The notes under the pieces were generated by a model that worked only from the letters and a program-made list of their open reading frames with translations, was not told the DNA's origin and searched no databases. A program made the translations under genes and the position numbers. A stretch of DNA of 64,000 nt from an uncultured Bacteroidales bacterium (GTDB taxonomy: Bacteria; Bacteroidota; Bacteroidia; Bacteroidales; VadinHA17), in assembly GCA_963746685.1 (NCBI GenBank), contig CAVVBY010000033.1, positions 592,686 to 656,685 on the forward strand, given 5' to 3'. Positions 21,534 through 33,774 of this stretch are shown in pieces (position 1 is the first letter of the stretch; each line of letters begins with the position of its first letter).

Positions 21534-22839
21534 TTAATCAATTAATTCAACCGTCATTCTGCCTGATCCCGAAATGCCTGTCAGCCTGGCCTTTTTTACA
21601 GTGCCTGCCAGATTTGCTTTCCATGGATACTCTGATCGGAGATAATTCCCGGTGAAGCCAGTTATCATTCCTTCACTTCTGTTATGTTCAAAAAGGATTT
21701 CAGCTGTCTGGCCAATATTCTGCTCAGAGAATTCAAGATGCTTGTTTTCAGAAAGGCTAATTAACCTCCTGCTTCTTTTCTCACGGATACTGAAAGGGAC
21801 TTTACCAGACATCTTTTCAGCAGGGGTACCCGGCCGTTCTGAAAAGTTGAAAACATGAAGGTAAGATATCGGCATCTCTTTAAGAAAACTGAATGTGTCT
21901 TCAAAATCATTGTCTGATTCCCCAGGAAAACCTACAATTACATCAGCCCCTATACCGGCCAGTGGTATACTTCTTTCTGATTACTCTTATCCTGTCTTCG
22001 AATTGATCCCTTCTGTATCTCCTTCTCATCAGCCTGAGCACGTTGTCGGAACCGCTCTGCAGAGGAATATGAAAATGGGGGAGTATCTTTTTGCATTCTG
22101 TGGTCAGGCTGATAATTTCATCTGTAAGCAGGTTGGGTTCAATTGATGAGATCCTGAACCGTTCAATTCCGTCAACCTTTATCAGTTCCCTCAGCAATGA
22201 TGCAAAATTGTCTCCTGTCGATTTGCCATAATCACCTATATTAACTCCTGTCAGAACAATTTCCTTTATCCCTTTCCGGGCAATTTTCTCAGCCTCTTCA
22301 ACAAGCGACCTTATATCCTGATTTCTGCTGTGTCCTCTTGCAATGGGAATTGTGCAGTAAGAACATCTGTAATCGCATCCATCCTGAACCTTTAGAAATG
22401 AACGTGTTCTGTCACCCATTGAGAAGGATGGATGGAATATGTCGGGAATTGCCAGGTCACATGAGTGAATTTCAGCATTATTCCTTTTTCCGGTTTTTTC
22501 AAGAAATGCCACCGCATCGAATTTCTCATTTGTTCCCAGGACAAGGTCAACTCCGGGAATTGATGAAATTTCACCGGGATTAAGCTGGGCATAGCATCCG
22601 ACAACAGCAATGACAGCCTCAGGTGACTCTTTAATGCATTTTTTTATTACCTGCCTGCATTTTCTGTCAGCGATATCGGTTACCGAACATGTGTTAATAA
22701 CATAAATATCAGCTTTTACACCCGGCCTGACTTTTTCAAACTGATCCTCCGGAAATGACCTTGAAATTGTTGATGTCTCAGCAAAATTCAGTTTGCATCC
22801 CAGGGTATGAAATGCTACTTTTTTCTTAGTGATTTCCAT
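21534..22839 (-). CDS. mtaB: tRNA t6A37 methylthiotransferase (frameshift near 21960)
   Basis: FHTLGCKLN, INTCSVT and radical-SAM CDYRCSYC; the C-terminal FSERPGT and TRAM domain are in ORF 21534..21875. Confidence 0.92.
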
Positions 22840-22882
22840 GATTAAAAGCCGGATTATGAAAGCCTTAACCAATTGCCAGAAA

Positions 22883-23584
22883 TTATTTCCGGTTAGCCTG
22901 AGGAAGCTTTGTAATGAAGACATTTCTAAATTCAACATCCTTGCCTTCACTCTGGAGACAAATATGTCCTTTTGTTTCAGATATACCTGTGGCTTTATTC
23001 TGAAGCGTTCCGTTAACATAAACTTCAATTGTATTTGACTTGCATGTGATTTCCATTGTGTTCCATTCCCCTACAGGTTTCTCGGACGATGGAGCCATTT
23101 TATTTACAACCCTTGAATTATTCTTCATTTCATTCATTTTTGCTCCGTTCATGCAGACAAAGTCGCCGGCACTTCCTGACTTTAGCTGGCATTCAAAACA
23201 TTTTAACCAGATAGTATCGGGAAGCTGGGCATGAATGAATACACCACTGTTTGAAGCCTCCCCCGGATAACGCCATTCCACATGGAGCTTATATTCAGAA
23301 TATTCATCTTTGGTTCTCATGTAGCCGAATGGATCTCCCTTAATATGTATAACCCCATTCTGAACTGTAAAAACAGTCGCAGGGTCAATAGCAGGATCCT
23401 TCAGTTGAAAAACCCAGTTTGACAGGTTTTTGCCGTTAAAAAGCTGAATATTTGCCGTTTTTTCATTTCTCCGGTTCTGCTGGTTTTTTGTATTTTTCTG
23501 TCTCGACTGCCCATAGATCCCGGATGATGCTCCGGTAAGGATTATTAATGAAAATAAAAAGAACCTTAATAATTTAGTTTTCAT
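22883..23584 (-). CDS. DUF1080 (3-keto-disaccharide hydrolase-like) secreted protein
   Basis: Signal peptide; LFNGKNLSNW, NSGVF, GEWNTMEI and LQSEG..VEFRN motifs. Confidence 0.85.
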   Translation of the reverse strand: MKTKLLRFFLFSLIILTGASSGIYGQSRQKNTKNQQNRRNEKTANIQLFNGKNLSNWVFQLKDPAIDPATVFTVQNGVIHIKGDPFGYMRTKDEYSEYKLHVEWRYPGEASNSGVFIHAQLPDTIWLKCFECQLKSGSAGDFVCMNGAKMNEMKNNSRVVNKMAPSSEKPVGEWNTMEITCKSNTIEVYVNGTLQNKATGISETKGHICLQSEGKDVEFRNVFITKLPQANRK

Positions 23585-23635
23585 AGTTTTACTTATTAAA
23601 ATTGATAATTAATCCGCTTAAAATCAGAAAGTATC

Positions 23636-24971
23636 TTAAAGCAATTTACTTGCCAGTTCTGCAAGGAAACTACGCTCTCCTTTTACCAGGTTTACATGCG
23701 CAAAAATATCCTGATCCTTCATTTTGTCTGAAAGATAGCTGAGACCATTTGATGCTGTATCAAGGTAGGGTGAGTCAATCTGTTCAATATCACCGGTAAA
23801 GACCATTTTTGTTCCTTCTCCGGCCCTTGTTATGATCGTCTTTATCTCATGAGGTGTAAGGTTCTGAGCTTCGTCAACTATGAAGAATATGCTTGATAGG
23901 CTCCTGCCTCTTATATATGCAAGAGGTGTGATCACCAGTTTTTCTTCTTTTACCATATCGTTAATCCTCAGAAATTCAGGGCTCTGGTGACTGAATTTGT
24001 GTTTAATGACAGTCAGGTTGTCATACAAAGGAGTCATATATGGATCCATTTTTTCCTTGACATCACCGGGAAGAAATCCAAGATCACGGTTTGCCAGAGG
24101 GACTATGGGTCTTGCAAGAAATATCTGTTTGTATCTTTTATGTTGCTGAAGTGCTGCGGCAAGAGCAAGCAGGGTTTTGCCGGTCCCGGCCTTACCCGTA
24201 AGGGAAACCAGCTGTACATCAGGATTAGAAAGGGCATCGAGTGCAAAAGTCTGTTCCGCATTCCGTGGATCGATGCCATAGGTGGTCTGTTTGATCACTC
24301 TGTTCAGAAGCTTATTTACCGGATTATAGTGGGCAAGAGCGCTGGCTCCGCTGTTCTTCATAATAAAGAACTGGTGCCCTTTCTGCTCCTGGATCAATCT
24401 TGAAATCAGAAGCATTTACTCCTTCAGGGACCTCATAGAGCTTGCTTATCAAGGCATGGTCAACTCCTTCGAGCACCTGGATCCCCTTGTAAAGATCATC
24501 TATGTTTGCAACCTTGTCGTTCTGGTAATCCTGTGCCATTATCCCAAGCGATTTTGCCTTCATCCTCAGGTTAATGTCCTTAGAAATCAGAACGACTGTT
24601 TTATCCTTGTTCGACTGCAAACAAACTCGGCAATTGCAAGGATGCGATGATCAGGGGTTCTTTCAGGAAATGACTGGCTTGACTTTTTCAGAGAAGTCCC
24701 GTCCTGTTTCAATATGAAGATTTCCAAGGTTCTCACCAAGAGGAATATTTGCAGTCAGAAGCATGTCTCCCGAAAGCTTATCAAGTTCACGTGTAAACTC
24801 CCTTGCATGAAAATTTATTATGTCGTTGCCCCTTTTGAATTTGTCAAGCTCCTCGAGAACAACTATTGGAATTATAACATCATTTTCTTCGAAATTGTAA
24901 ATGCATTTGTAATCGTGCAGCAAAACATTTGTATCAATTATGAAAAGTTTTTTATTGTGTTTTTTATTCAT
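23636..24971 (-). CDS. PhoH family protein with N-terminal PIN domain (frameshifted)
   Basis: [13 protein letters not shown] motif, [19 protein letters not shown]-loop, YIRGRS and DEAQN across three ORFs. Confidence 0.9.
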
Positions 24972-25090
24972 ACTTAAGTAATTTAAAATCAATAAGCTGT
25001 ATTTAATGAATAGAATCCGTCAGCACGCGGCAAAATTAACTAAAATAAAGATTACATTGTTGCATGTGTTGAAAGTATGTTAATTTGTAT

Positions 25091-26380
25091 ATGAATTATA
25101 AACAGACAATAGAATTCCTTTACAGCCAGCTGCCGGCCTATCACAGGATAGGGAAAGCTGCATATAAGAATGATCTTCGAAATACGCTTGAGCTTGATGA
25201 GTATCTTGGTCATCCGCATTCAGGGTACAGGACAATACATGTCGCAGGGACCAATGGCAAAGGATCTGTTTCTCATATGATCGCATCGGTGCTTATGGAA
25301 GCAGGCTATAAAACAGGTCTTTATACATCTCCCCACTTAAAGGACTTCAGGGAGAGGATAAGAGTTAACGGCAAAATGATTCCCAAAAGCGCAGTGACAG
25401 GATTTATTGCCAGACATTCCTCCTTTATTATGTCTCTTAAGCCTTCATTCTTTGAAATGACTGTAGGTATGGCATTTGATTATTTTGCCGAAGCCGGCGT
25501 TGACATAGCTGTCATTGAAGTAGGTCTTGGAGGAAGGCTCGACTCGACAAACATTATAAATCCTTTGCTTTCAGTCATTACAAATATAGGTCATGATCAT
25601 TTTGATCTTCTTGGAAATACTTTTGAAAAGATTGCAGGGGAGAAAGCCGGAATAATTAAGTCCGGAGTGCCGGTGGTCATCAGTGAAACACAGGAGGAGA
25701 CTAAAAATGTTTTTGTAAAAAAAGCAGTGGAAACGGGTTCTGAAATATTTTTCGCCGATCAGAATTATTCCTGTGTGCTTGATGATTTTGATTACTTCAA
25801 AGGGAAAAGAATTTATTGTGTAAGGGAAAATTCTTCAAATAAATCATTCAGTGGAGAAGTGGGTCTTGCCGGAGATTATCAGGCAAAAAATCTTCAGGCA
25901 GTTTATCAGTCTTTCAGTGTTCTGAAAGGAATTGTTGCATACACCGACAAGAATATCAGAGACGGCATCCGGAAAGTTGTTGCGAATACAAAGCTTGCAG
26001 GCCGATGGCAGATTATCGGCAGAAAACCTCTGATTATCTGTGATACGGGTCATAATAAGGAAGGATTGGAATATGTCATTAATCAAGTGAAAAAGGTACC
26101 AAAGAGCAGACTTCATATTGTTCTTGGCTTTGTAAGCGATAAGGATCTCAGTCTGGTTTTGCCCCTGTTTCCTGTCAATGCGGTTTACTATTTCACCAAA
26201 GCTTCAGTTCCCAGGGCACTTGATGAAAAGATTCTTAAATCGGAAGCATCTGCTATACGGACTTATGGGTCAGAGTTATCCTGATGTTGCATCAGCGCTT
26301 TCTCGGCACGTACAAATGCTGCAGAATCAGATATGATTTTCATTGGAGGAAGCACTTTTATTGTAGCGGAAGTGGTTTAG
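25091..26380 (+). CDS. folC: Folylpolyglutamate synthase/dihydrofolate synthase (C-terminal frameshift)
   Basis: HVAGTNGKGS, TSPHL, EVGLGGRLDSTN and EKAGIIK motifs; the IFIGGSTFIVAE tail is in another frame. Confidence 0.93.
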
Positions 26381-26446
26381 TATATCTTATTCCTATTCAA
26401 ATATTTGTAATATTATTTAGATTTGTATATAACTAATCTTTCAAAC

Positions 26447-28245
26447 ATGAAAAAAGGGGTAGTGTTTTACCTGTTTCTGGTAATATTATTTCCGTTAAAA
26501 GCACAGACAGAAAAGAAAATTACCATTCTGCACACCAATGATCTGCATTCCCGTATGATACGGATATGCCCCTGAATCGGCATATTCGCCTTTAACAATC
26601 AACGATGACAAAACCGTTGGCGGATTTGCCAGAATTGCCAGCATTATTAAAAGCTGAAAAGAAAAGCAATTCCGGAACAACACTTGTACTTGATGCCGGT
26701 GATTTTACAATGGGAACACTTTTCCCAAGTCTGGAAACAAAAACAGGTTTTCAGCTCCGTCTTATGAAAACTATGGGTTATGACGTTATTTGCACCGGTA
26801 ACCACGAATATGAGTTCGGTCCTGAATGGCTGGCTGCTTTTATCAGTGCATCAGTTTCCAAAGGAGAAATCCCATCCTTTCTTATTGGAAATGCGGTGTT
26901 TGACAAGAAAGACACAAGGGATGATGCCCTGGAAAAACTATTCTCTGAAAACATAATCAGCCGGAAAATGGTTTTGACAAAAGATGGCATTAAAATCGGA
27001 ATCTTTTCGATACTCGGTAAAGATGCCGACGAGGTTGCTCCAAAAGCAGTTCCTGTTACTTTTTCAAAGCAAAAATCCTTTGCAAAAAAAATGGTGAAAG
27101 AGCTTCAGGGTGAAAATTGTAATATTATTATTTGTCTCTCACATTCAGGTATTAAAGAAAAGAGTGGAGAGTGGGCAGGAGAGGATGTGGAACTTGCAAA
27201 GTCGGTAAAAGGTATTGATCTTATCATTGGCGGACATTCGCATACAAGGTTGGAACAGCCCCTTCTGGTAAACGGAACTCCAATTGTACAAACAGGTGAA
27301 TTCGGACAGAATGTTGGCCGGATTTCACTGACTTATTCAGACGGGAAAGTGAAAGTTGACGGGTATAAACTGATTCCGGTTGATGACAGAATTATGGGTG
27401 ATGAGAATGTTAATAAACTCATCGAAGAACAAAAAGAGCGGATAAATACTGAAATCCTTAATCCTCTCGGAATGGAGTATGCCAGGAAGGTTGTTGAGGC
27501 AGGATTTATAATTGAAGGCAATGATATGGGAGACTATGTAAACAGCAACCTCGGGCCTCTCATTGCTGATGCCATACATTATTATATTAATAAGAACAGT
27601 GCGAAAGGTGCCGATGTAAGTATGGTTGCAGCAGGAATGATATTCGATAAAATATTGCCGGGAGTACAAACTGCTCCTGATATTTTCAGGGTAATGCCTC
27701 TGGGATCTGGAAAAGATAATGTACCTGGTTATGCACTTTCGAGGTTATATGTTACCGGAAAGGAGATGAAAACCATTCTTGAGATATTGCTGGTTGCAGG
27801 TAAATCTGATCCTCAGAAATATTGCTATTATTCAGGTCTGAGAGTTGAGTATAATCCTGACAAAGGACTCCTTAAGAAAATCAAAAAAATTGAGATTCTT
27901 AATTCAGACGGAAGTGCTAAGAATGTGGATTTTTCAAAGAAGAATAAATCCCTGTACTCAGTGACAGCAGATTCGTATATGCTTGAATTTATTGGCATTA
28001 TCAAAAAGATGAGTTTTGGTTTGATCAATGTGATTCCAAAGGATTCTGCCGGCAACCGGGTAACAGATATGCAGACAGCTGTTATTGATATGGATGAAAA
28101 CAAAGCAGGTGTTCAGGAGGGGAAGGAATGGCTGGCTCTTATGGAATATCTTGGCTCAATGAAAGATACTGACGGGAACGGAATTCCGGACATTGATAAG
28201 AAATACTCTGTTCCGGTACGAACGTTTTTTACCGTTAAAAAATAA
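26447..28245 (+). CDS. Secreted bifunctional metallophosphatase/5'-nucleotidase (frameshift near 26560)
   Basis: Signal peptide plus ITILHTNDLH from 26447; DAGDF, GNHE and GGHSH motifs; 5'-nucleotidase C-domain. Confidence 0.88.
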
Positions 28246-28251
28246 AAATTG

Positions 28252-29885
28252 TTACCATTTGCTGAAAGGATTATCTACGACTAACCTTGTCTTCTTGTTT
28301 GCTATCGTATATCCTATTTCATAAATTGCTCTTGAAATAAGTTCAACTTTTTCATAATCAATCTTGTCAGCTGTATCGCTTGGCTTATGATAATCTGTAT
28401 GCAATCCTGTCGTAAAGAAGAGGACAGGTATATCCTTCTTCACAAAATTGTAATGGTCGCTCCTTGAAAATAGCTGAAGAGGATGACTCCGTCCGCTGAG
28501 GCTGTAATCCATATCGATAGGCGATTCTTTGTCAATCTCATCTGCAATAGCGACCAGCTCCTTGCTCTGGTTGCAGGTTATTACAAAAACTCCGGTTTTT
28601 CCTGTCATGGGATTCTCATCCGTAGTATCGGCGAGACCCTTTACCCTTCCTATCATATCAATGTTAAGATCGGCCACTGTATTCTCCAGGGGGATAAGCG
28701 GATTATTCACATACGATTGCGAGCCAAACAATCCTATTTCCTCACCCGTGACCCACAGGAACAGAAGAGATCTCAGAGGCTTTTTCTCGAGGCTCTGAAA
28801 AGCCTGAGCGATTTCGAGTATTGCAGCACATCCTGAAGCATCATCATCAGCTCCAGGATTCACTTTGTCACCTTCGCCTCCGATATGGTCAGCATGACCG
28901 GAAAAAATAATGAATTCTTTTTAAGCACAGGATCACTGCCTTCGATCCATGCAGCAACATTATGAAGGATAACCTCTTCGGTCTTCGATGCTTCGGTTAT
29001 TTTTAATTTCTTGCCCGGAATAAGGAAGGATTGAGATTTCAGGTTTGAATCAATACTCTTTTGCAGTTCATCAAGAGTATGCCCTGTTCCCTTTAATAAT
29101 TCGTCAGCAACTGACCTGTGGACAAAAATTATTCTTGGCATGGCAGGCATATCAAATATTAAAGGTTTGGACCCTTTCAGATACTTGCTTGATGCCAGCT
29201 CGTTCGCAATTCCAGGATATTGCTGGGCAATTGATGAAAATCCGGATTTAGGATCAGATACAATCAGTATTGCTTTTGCTTTAGAGAACATCAGACCTGT
29301 AAGCTTTGCCTGAATACTCATGAATGTTGACCAGATTGGTTCTTCAAAAAGATATTTGGTACCATCCTCAGAGAGCGGAGACCTGTTCATCAGCAGCAGT
29401 ATCTTGCCTTCAGGCTTGATATTTTCAAGATCGTTATAATTGTATTTGTCAGCTTTGATTCCGTAACCAGCAAATGCAACCTCTCCTTCAATTTCAAAAT
29501 CAGATGCCCCGGCAGGAAAAAGCTGTATAATCGGTTCCGTTAACTGAACGGAATCCATGCCTGAACTGAAAACCTTTATCATAGATTTTTTTGGATCAAT
29601 GGATTTCTCCATTATTGTATAAGGCTGAAGATAACTTTTGCCATTGGCTGGTTTAAGTCCAAGCAGTTTAGCCTGTGAGACTAAATAATTAACTGTTATA
29701 TCAAGTTCAGGCTCCCCGTCTGACCTTCCTTTCATAGAAGGCGATGCCAGAAATGAGACATACGCTTCGAGATCTTCGGAATTGATCTTGCTTACACCTG
29801 AACCGCCTTTTTGAGATAATGAGATATATGGAATTATTGTCATTGAAATAATGACACTAAGGGTTACAATTTTTTGCCTGGTCAT
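28252..29885 (-). CDS. M28 family peptidase with PA domain (frameshift near 28900)
   Basis: Signal peptide, FAGYGI PA region, PGADDDASG, GEEIGL, RSDH and DYH motifs. Confidence 0.88.
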
Positions 29886-30044
29886 GTTTTTATTTTTAGT
29901 TCAGGCGCTAAATGTAAGAAAGATTTTCCTGATAGAAATGACATCTTTTTGATCAGACCCTGGCATGAATTACAATCTGAAACTGCTGTATTGAGAAGTG
30001 TATTGAATGATTTATTTTTTAGCTTTGAAAATTAATCTGAATTT

Positions 30045-30996
30045 ATGAAAGCCAGCTTGTTATTCTGGATCTTATTTAATGTTATTATTTTCACAATACT
30101 TGCTCTCGACCTCGGTGTGATCAATAAGAGAGCTCATAAAATCACTCTGAAAGAGGCTCTTGCATGGAGCGGTGTCTGGATAGCAGTTGCACTGTTTTTT
30201 AATGGTTTTGTCTTTGCACAATTTGGCAGAGACTAAAGCACTTGAATTTTTAACCGGCTATCTCATTGAGTATTCATTGAGCGTCGACAATATTTTTGTT
30301 TTCATTTTGATCTTCTCATTCTTTTCTGTCAAGCCGCAATACCAGCATAAAATATTATTCTGGGGAATATTGGGAGCATTAATAATGAGGGGAATATTTA
30401 TTTTCACCGGGGTAGCCCTGATAAACAAGTTCCATTGGATAGTCATTCTGTTTGGCGGCTTTCTTGTATTTTCCGGTGTCAAAATGCTATTTCAGAAGGA
30501 AGAAGTTTCAGTTGAGCCGGAAAAAAATGCCCTGGTCAGAGTGTTCAGGAGATTTCTTCCGGTTTCCGACACACTGCATGGGGACCATCTTTTCATAAGC
30601 CAGGATAAGAAACTATTTGCAACGCCTTTATTTCTCGTTCTGCTGGTAATTGAATCAACTGACCTGATTTTTGCAGTCGACAGCATCCCTGCAGTTCTTG
30701 CCATCAGTCAGGATACATTCATCGTGTATACCTCAAACATTTTTGCAATACTTGGATTACGCTCACTTTATTTTGCAGTATCGGGAATAATGGGATTATT
30801 CAGGTTCCTGAAAGTGGGTCTGGCAATTGTCCTTTCATTTGTTGGTTTAAAAATGCTTGCCTCCTTTTTTCATTTTGAAATACCTATATTATTATCTCTG
30901 GCTATAATTGTCTCAATCCTGCTTATTTCAATTATTGCCTCGGTCATGATAAAAAAGAAAGAATCCCTTCCTGATCTAATAAAGCGAGAGGATTGA
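30045..30996 (+). CDS. TerC/Alx family membrane protein (frameshift near 30230)
   Basis: EYSLSVDNIFVF and TDLIFAVDSIPA motifs; multiple TM helices. Confidence 0.9.
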
Positions 30997-31082
30997 TATA
31001 CTTTTTAAGTAAAGTATTAGTTTTATAATTCGATAATGTGAAGGATTTTATATTTCAAATATATATCTAAGGGCGAACTAGA

Positions 31083-33614
31083 ATGATTTCGCACAGGCAA
31101 AGACCAGCTTCTCCGTGGTTGTTAATTGTTCTTTTTATAATTATTTCAGCAAGCAGTATCTTGCTGGGCTATCTGTATTATAAAAGCCAGAAAATCAGGC
31201 TGCTTAAGGATAAGAATCTTGAACTTTCAGCTATTGCAGACCTTAAAGTAAGTCAGATAGCCCAGTGGCGGAATGAAAGGTTAAGTGATGCAGTTCTGAT
31301 AGGGGAGAATACGCCCTTCATAAAACTTTTATACGAATATTTGCATAGTAAGGATAATACAAATCTCCGCTCTGATATCAGGGCAAGTCTGAAATCTGTC
31401 ACAAGGAACACTGAATACAAAAATGTCCTTCTTATCGATTCAATTGGCATGGTAAGGGGGTATTATCCCAGTAAGGACACTCTGATGGGTGATCACCTGA
31501 AGGTCTTATTTCCAGATTTGCTAAAGCTTGAATCAGGCATTCTTACTGACCTTCACAGGACCAGCAATGTAAATTATATTCATCTTGATCTTGTAATACC
31601 CCTTATCAATACCTGGCAAAAGGACTCTTCAGTATTTGGACTCCTGGCAATCAGAATTGATCCAAAAGAGATCCTTTATCCCCTGGTTCAGGCCTGGCCG
31701 GTACCTGGTAAAACAACTGAATCGCTACTCGTAAGACAAGAAGGTGACGAGATTTTATACCTGAGCGAACTGAGGTTTAAGAAGAATTCAGAGCTCGAGC
31801 TCAGAAAATCGCTATCGGAGGAAAAGCTGCCGGAAGCAATGGCTGTCCGCGGTATCGAAGGGACATTGGATGGAGTTGATTACAGGGGGGCATCTGTGCT
31901 TGCAGCCATGAGAAAGGTTCCAGGGTCTCCGTGGTACATGGTTGCAAAAGTCAATCAAAGTGAAGTATTTACTGCTCTTAATGAGCAGATGACAATGATT
32001 ATTATTATAATAATCCTTTTTATTCTCACTATCGGTCTTTTGTTAGGAATTATTGAATGGAATGAAAATGTCAGGTTTTATCGCGAAAAATATGAAACAG
32101 AACTTGATCATCAGGCTTTACGAAAGCACTTCGACTATATACTGAAATATGCAAATGACATAATACTCCTCACTGACAGGAATATGACCATCATTGAGGC
32201 CAACGACAGGGCATTTGAAGCTTATCAGCGTGACAGGAATGAACTTTTAGGAATGAGTCTTGCAAAAATAAGGGCTCCAGGGGCTATTAAGGAACTGGAA
32301 AATGAGAGCAGGATCCTTGATGAAAAGGGATATTCCACCTATGAAACTGTACATATCAGGAAAGACGGCACCCTGATGCCTGTAGAAATAAGTGCCCGTA
32401 AGGTTGAAATTGAGGGAGTCAAGTATTTTCAATCTATTTGCAGGGATATTACTGAACGCAAATCTGCTGAGGAAACTCTCAGGGAAAGCGAAGAGCGTTT
32501 TCGCAAAATTTTTGAAGAGAGTCCGATAAGCATAGCAATGACCGGCAAAGACCTTGCAATTATCAGGGCTAATTCTGCTTTCTGTAAAATGCTTGGATAC
32601 GGGGAGGAAGAATTGAAGTCAGTTACAATAAGAAGTTTTACTCATCCTGATTACATTGCAGGAGATGATATCTCTCTTTTAAGGCTTGTCGCAGAGGAGA
32701 TCCCGGTTTACCATACTGAAAACAGGTATATCCGCAAGGATAAAAGTGTTATCTGGGGATCCGCTACAATCAGCATAATCAGGAATAACAATGACGAGGT
32801 TCAATATTTTCTGGCGATGATCGAGGACATAACACTCCGTAAAATAGCAGAATCAGAACTTATTGCAGCAAAGGAAAAAGCTGAGGAGAGCGACAGGCTT
32901 AAAACCGCATTTCTTCACAATGTGTCACACGAGATACGAACGCCAATGAATGCCATTATTGGTTTTTCAGCTCTTCTTAATGAACCAGATACCACAGAGG
33001 AAGAACGGCATCAGTTCATCGACATTATTTTTCAAAGCGGAAGCCAGCTGCTCTCGATAATAAATGATATCGTCGATATAGCTAATATTGAAAGCGGCCA
33101 GGTTAAGCTGAATATCAAGGAGATGAACCTTAATTCATCACTGAGGAGCCTCGACGAGCAATTCAGCTATAAGGAAAAATCTGATCTTATTTCAATTAAT
33201 CTTGATACAGGCCTGCCTGATGATAAAGCCTTAATTGTAACTGACGGGACCAAGCTTATTCAGATACTATCCAACCTTATAAATAATGCCACCAAATTCA
33301 CCAAAGAAGGCAGAATAGATTTTGGATATAACCTGAAAAATGGCAATCTTGAATTCTATGTAAAGGATACAGGTATCGGGATCCCTCCGGAGCATCATGA
33401 AAAAATATTCGAACGATTCTTTCAGGTCGATAATCTCATTTCCAGAAAATTTGGCGGGACAGGCCTTGGATTGTCGATATGCAAAGCATATGTCGAACTT
33501 CTCGGGGGTAAAATATGGGTAAGCTCAAACCCCGGAGAAGGAACGGATTTCAGATTTACAATACCTTATAATTATCCTCTGAAGTCAAAGGGAAAGAAAT
33601 CCCCAGTTCTTTAA
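31083..33614 (+). CDS. Membrane sensor histidine kinase: periplasmic Cache-like domain, two PAS/PAC, HisKA, HATPase; no receiver domain
   Basis: Two TM segments, RDITERK and EDITLRK PAC ends, SHEIRTPMNAI H-box, NLINNATKFT, DTGIGI and GTGLGL. Confidence 0.9.
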   Translation: MISHRQRPASPWLLIVLFIIISASSILLGYLYYKSQKIRLLKDKNLELSAIADLKVSQIAQWRNERLSDAVLIGENTPFIKLLYEYLHSKDNTNLRSDIRASLKSVTRNTEYKNVLLIDSIGMVRGYYPSKDTLMGDHLKVLFPDLLKLESGILTDLHRTSNVNYIHLDLVIPLINTWQKDSSVFGLLAIRIDPKEILYPLVQAWPVPGKTTESLLVRQEGDEILYLSELRFKKNSELELRKSLSEEKLPEAMAVRGIEGTLDGVDYRGASVLAAMRKVPGSPWYMVAKVNQSEVFTALNEQMTMIIIIIILFILTIGLLLGIIEWNENVRFYREKYETELDHQALRKHFDYILKYANDIILLTDRNMTIIEANDRAFEAYQRDRNELLGMSLAKIRAPGAIKELENESRILDEKGYSTYETVHIRKDGTLMPVEISARKVEIEGVKYFQSICRDITERKSAEETLRESEERFRKIFEESPISIAMTGKDLAIIRANSAFCKMLGYGEEELKSVTIRSFTHPDYIAGDDISLLRLVAEEIPVYHTENRYIRKDKSVIWGSATISIIRNNNDEVQYFLAMIEDITLRKIAESELIAAKEKAEESDRLKTAFLHNVSHEIRTPMNAIIGFSALLNEPDTTEEERHQFIDIIFQSGSQLLSIINDIVDIANIESGQVKLNIKEMNLNSSLRSLDEQFSYKEKSDLISINLDTGLPDDKALIVTDGTKLIQILSNLINNATKFTKEGRIDFGYNLKNGNLEFYVKDTGIGIPPEHHEKIFERFFQVDNLISRKFGGTGLGLSICKAYVELLGGKIWVSSNPGEGTDFRFTIPYNYPLKSKGKKSPVL

Positions 33615-33774
33615 TTTTATTAATATTTTTACGAATTGAACAGGAACTCTGATTTATCAAAATTGGAAAATTTTAAATTTTGAATCAGAAAATTTTAGTA
33701 ATTTTATAATTGAAATCAATGAAATAGTAGAGGTTAAAGGTTTCTGGCTTAGATTATTTAAATAATTCTTAACA

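Noticed and set aside
23636-24971. PIN domain as a VapC-type toxin
   Set aside because: It is the N-terminal domain of a standard PIN-PhoH fusion split by indels; no antitoxin nearby.
29886-30044. yybP-ykoY (Mn) riboswitch upstream of the TerC/Alx gene
   Set aside because: No recognisable motif, and the promoter box at 30020-30027 leaves under 20 nt of leader.
33666-33697. GAAAATTTTA direct repeat with 22-bp spacing upstream of the FISUMP array (LytTR-like)
   Set aside because: It lies in extremely AT-rich low-complexity DNA, where chance occurrence is likely.
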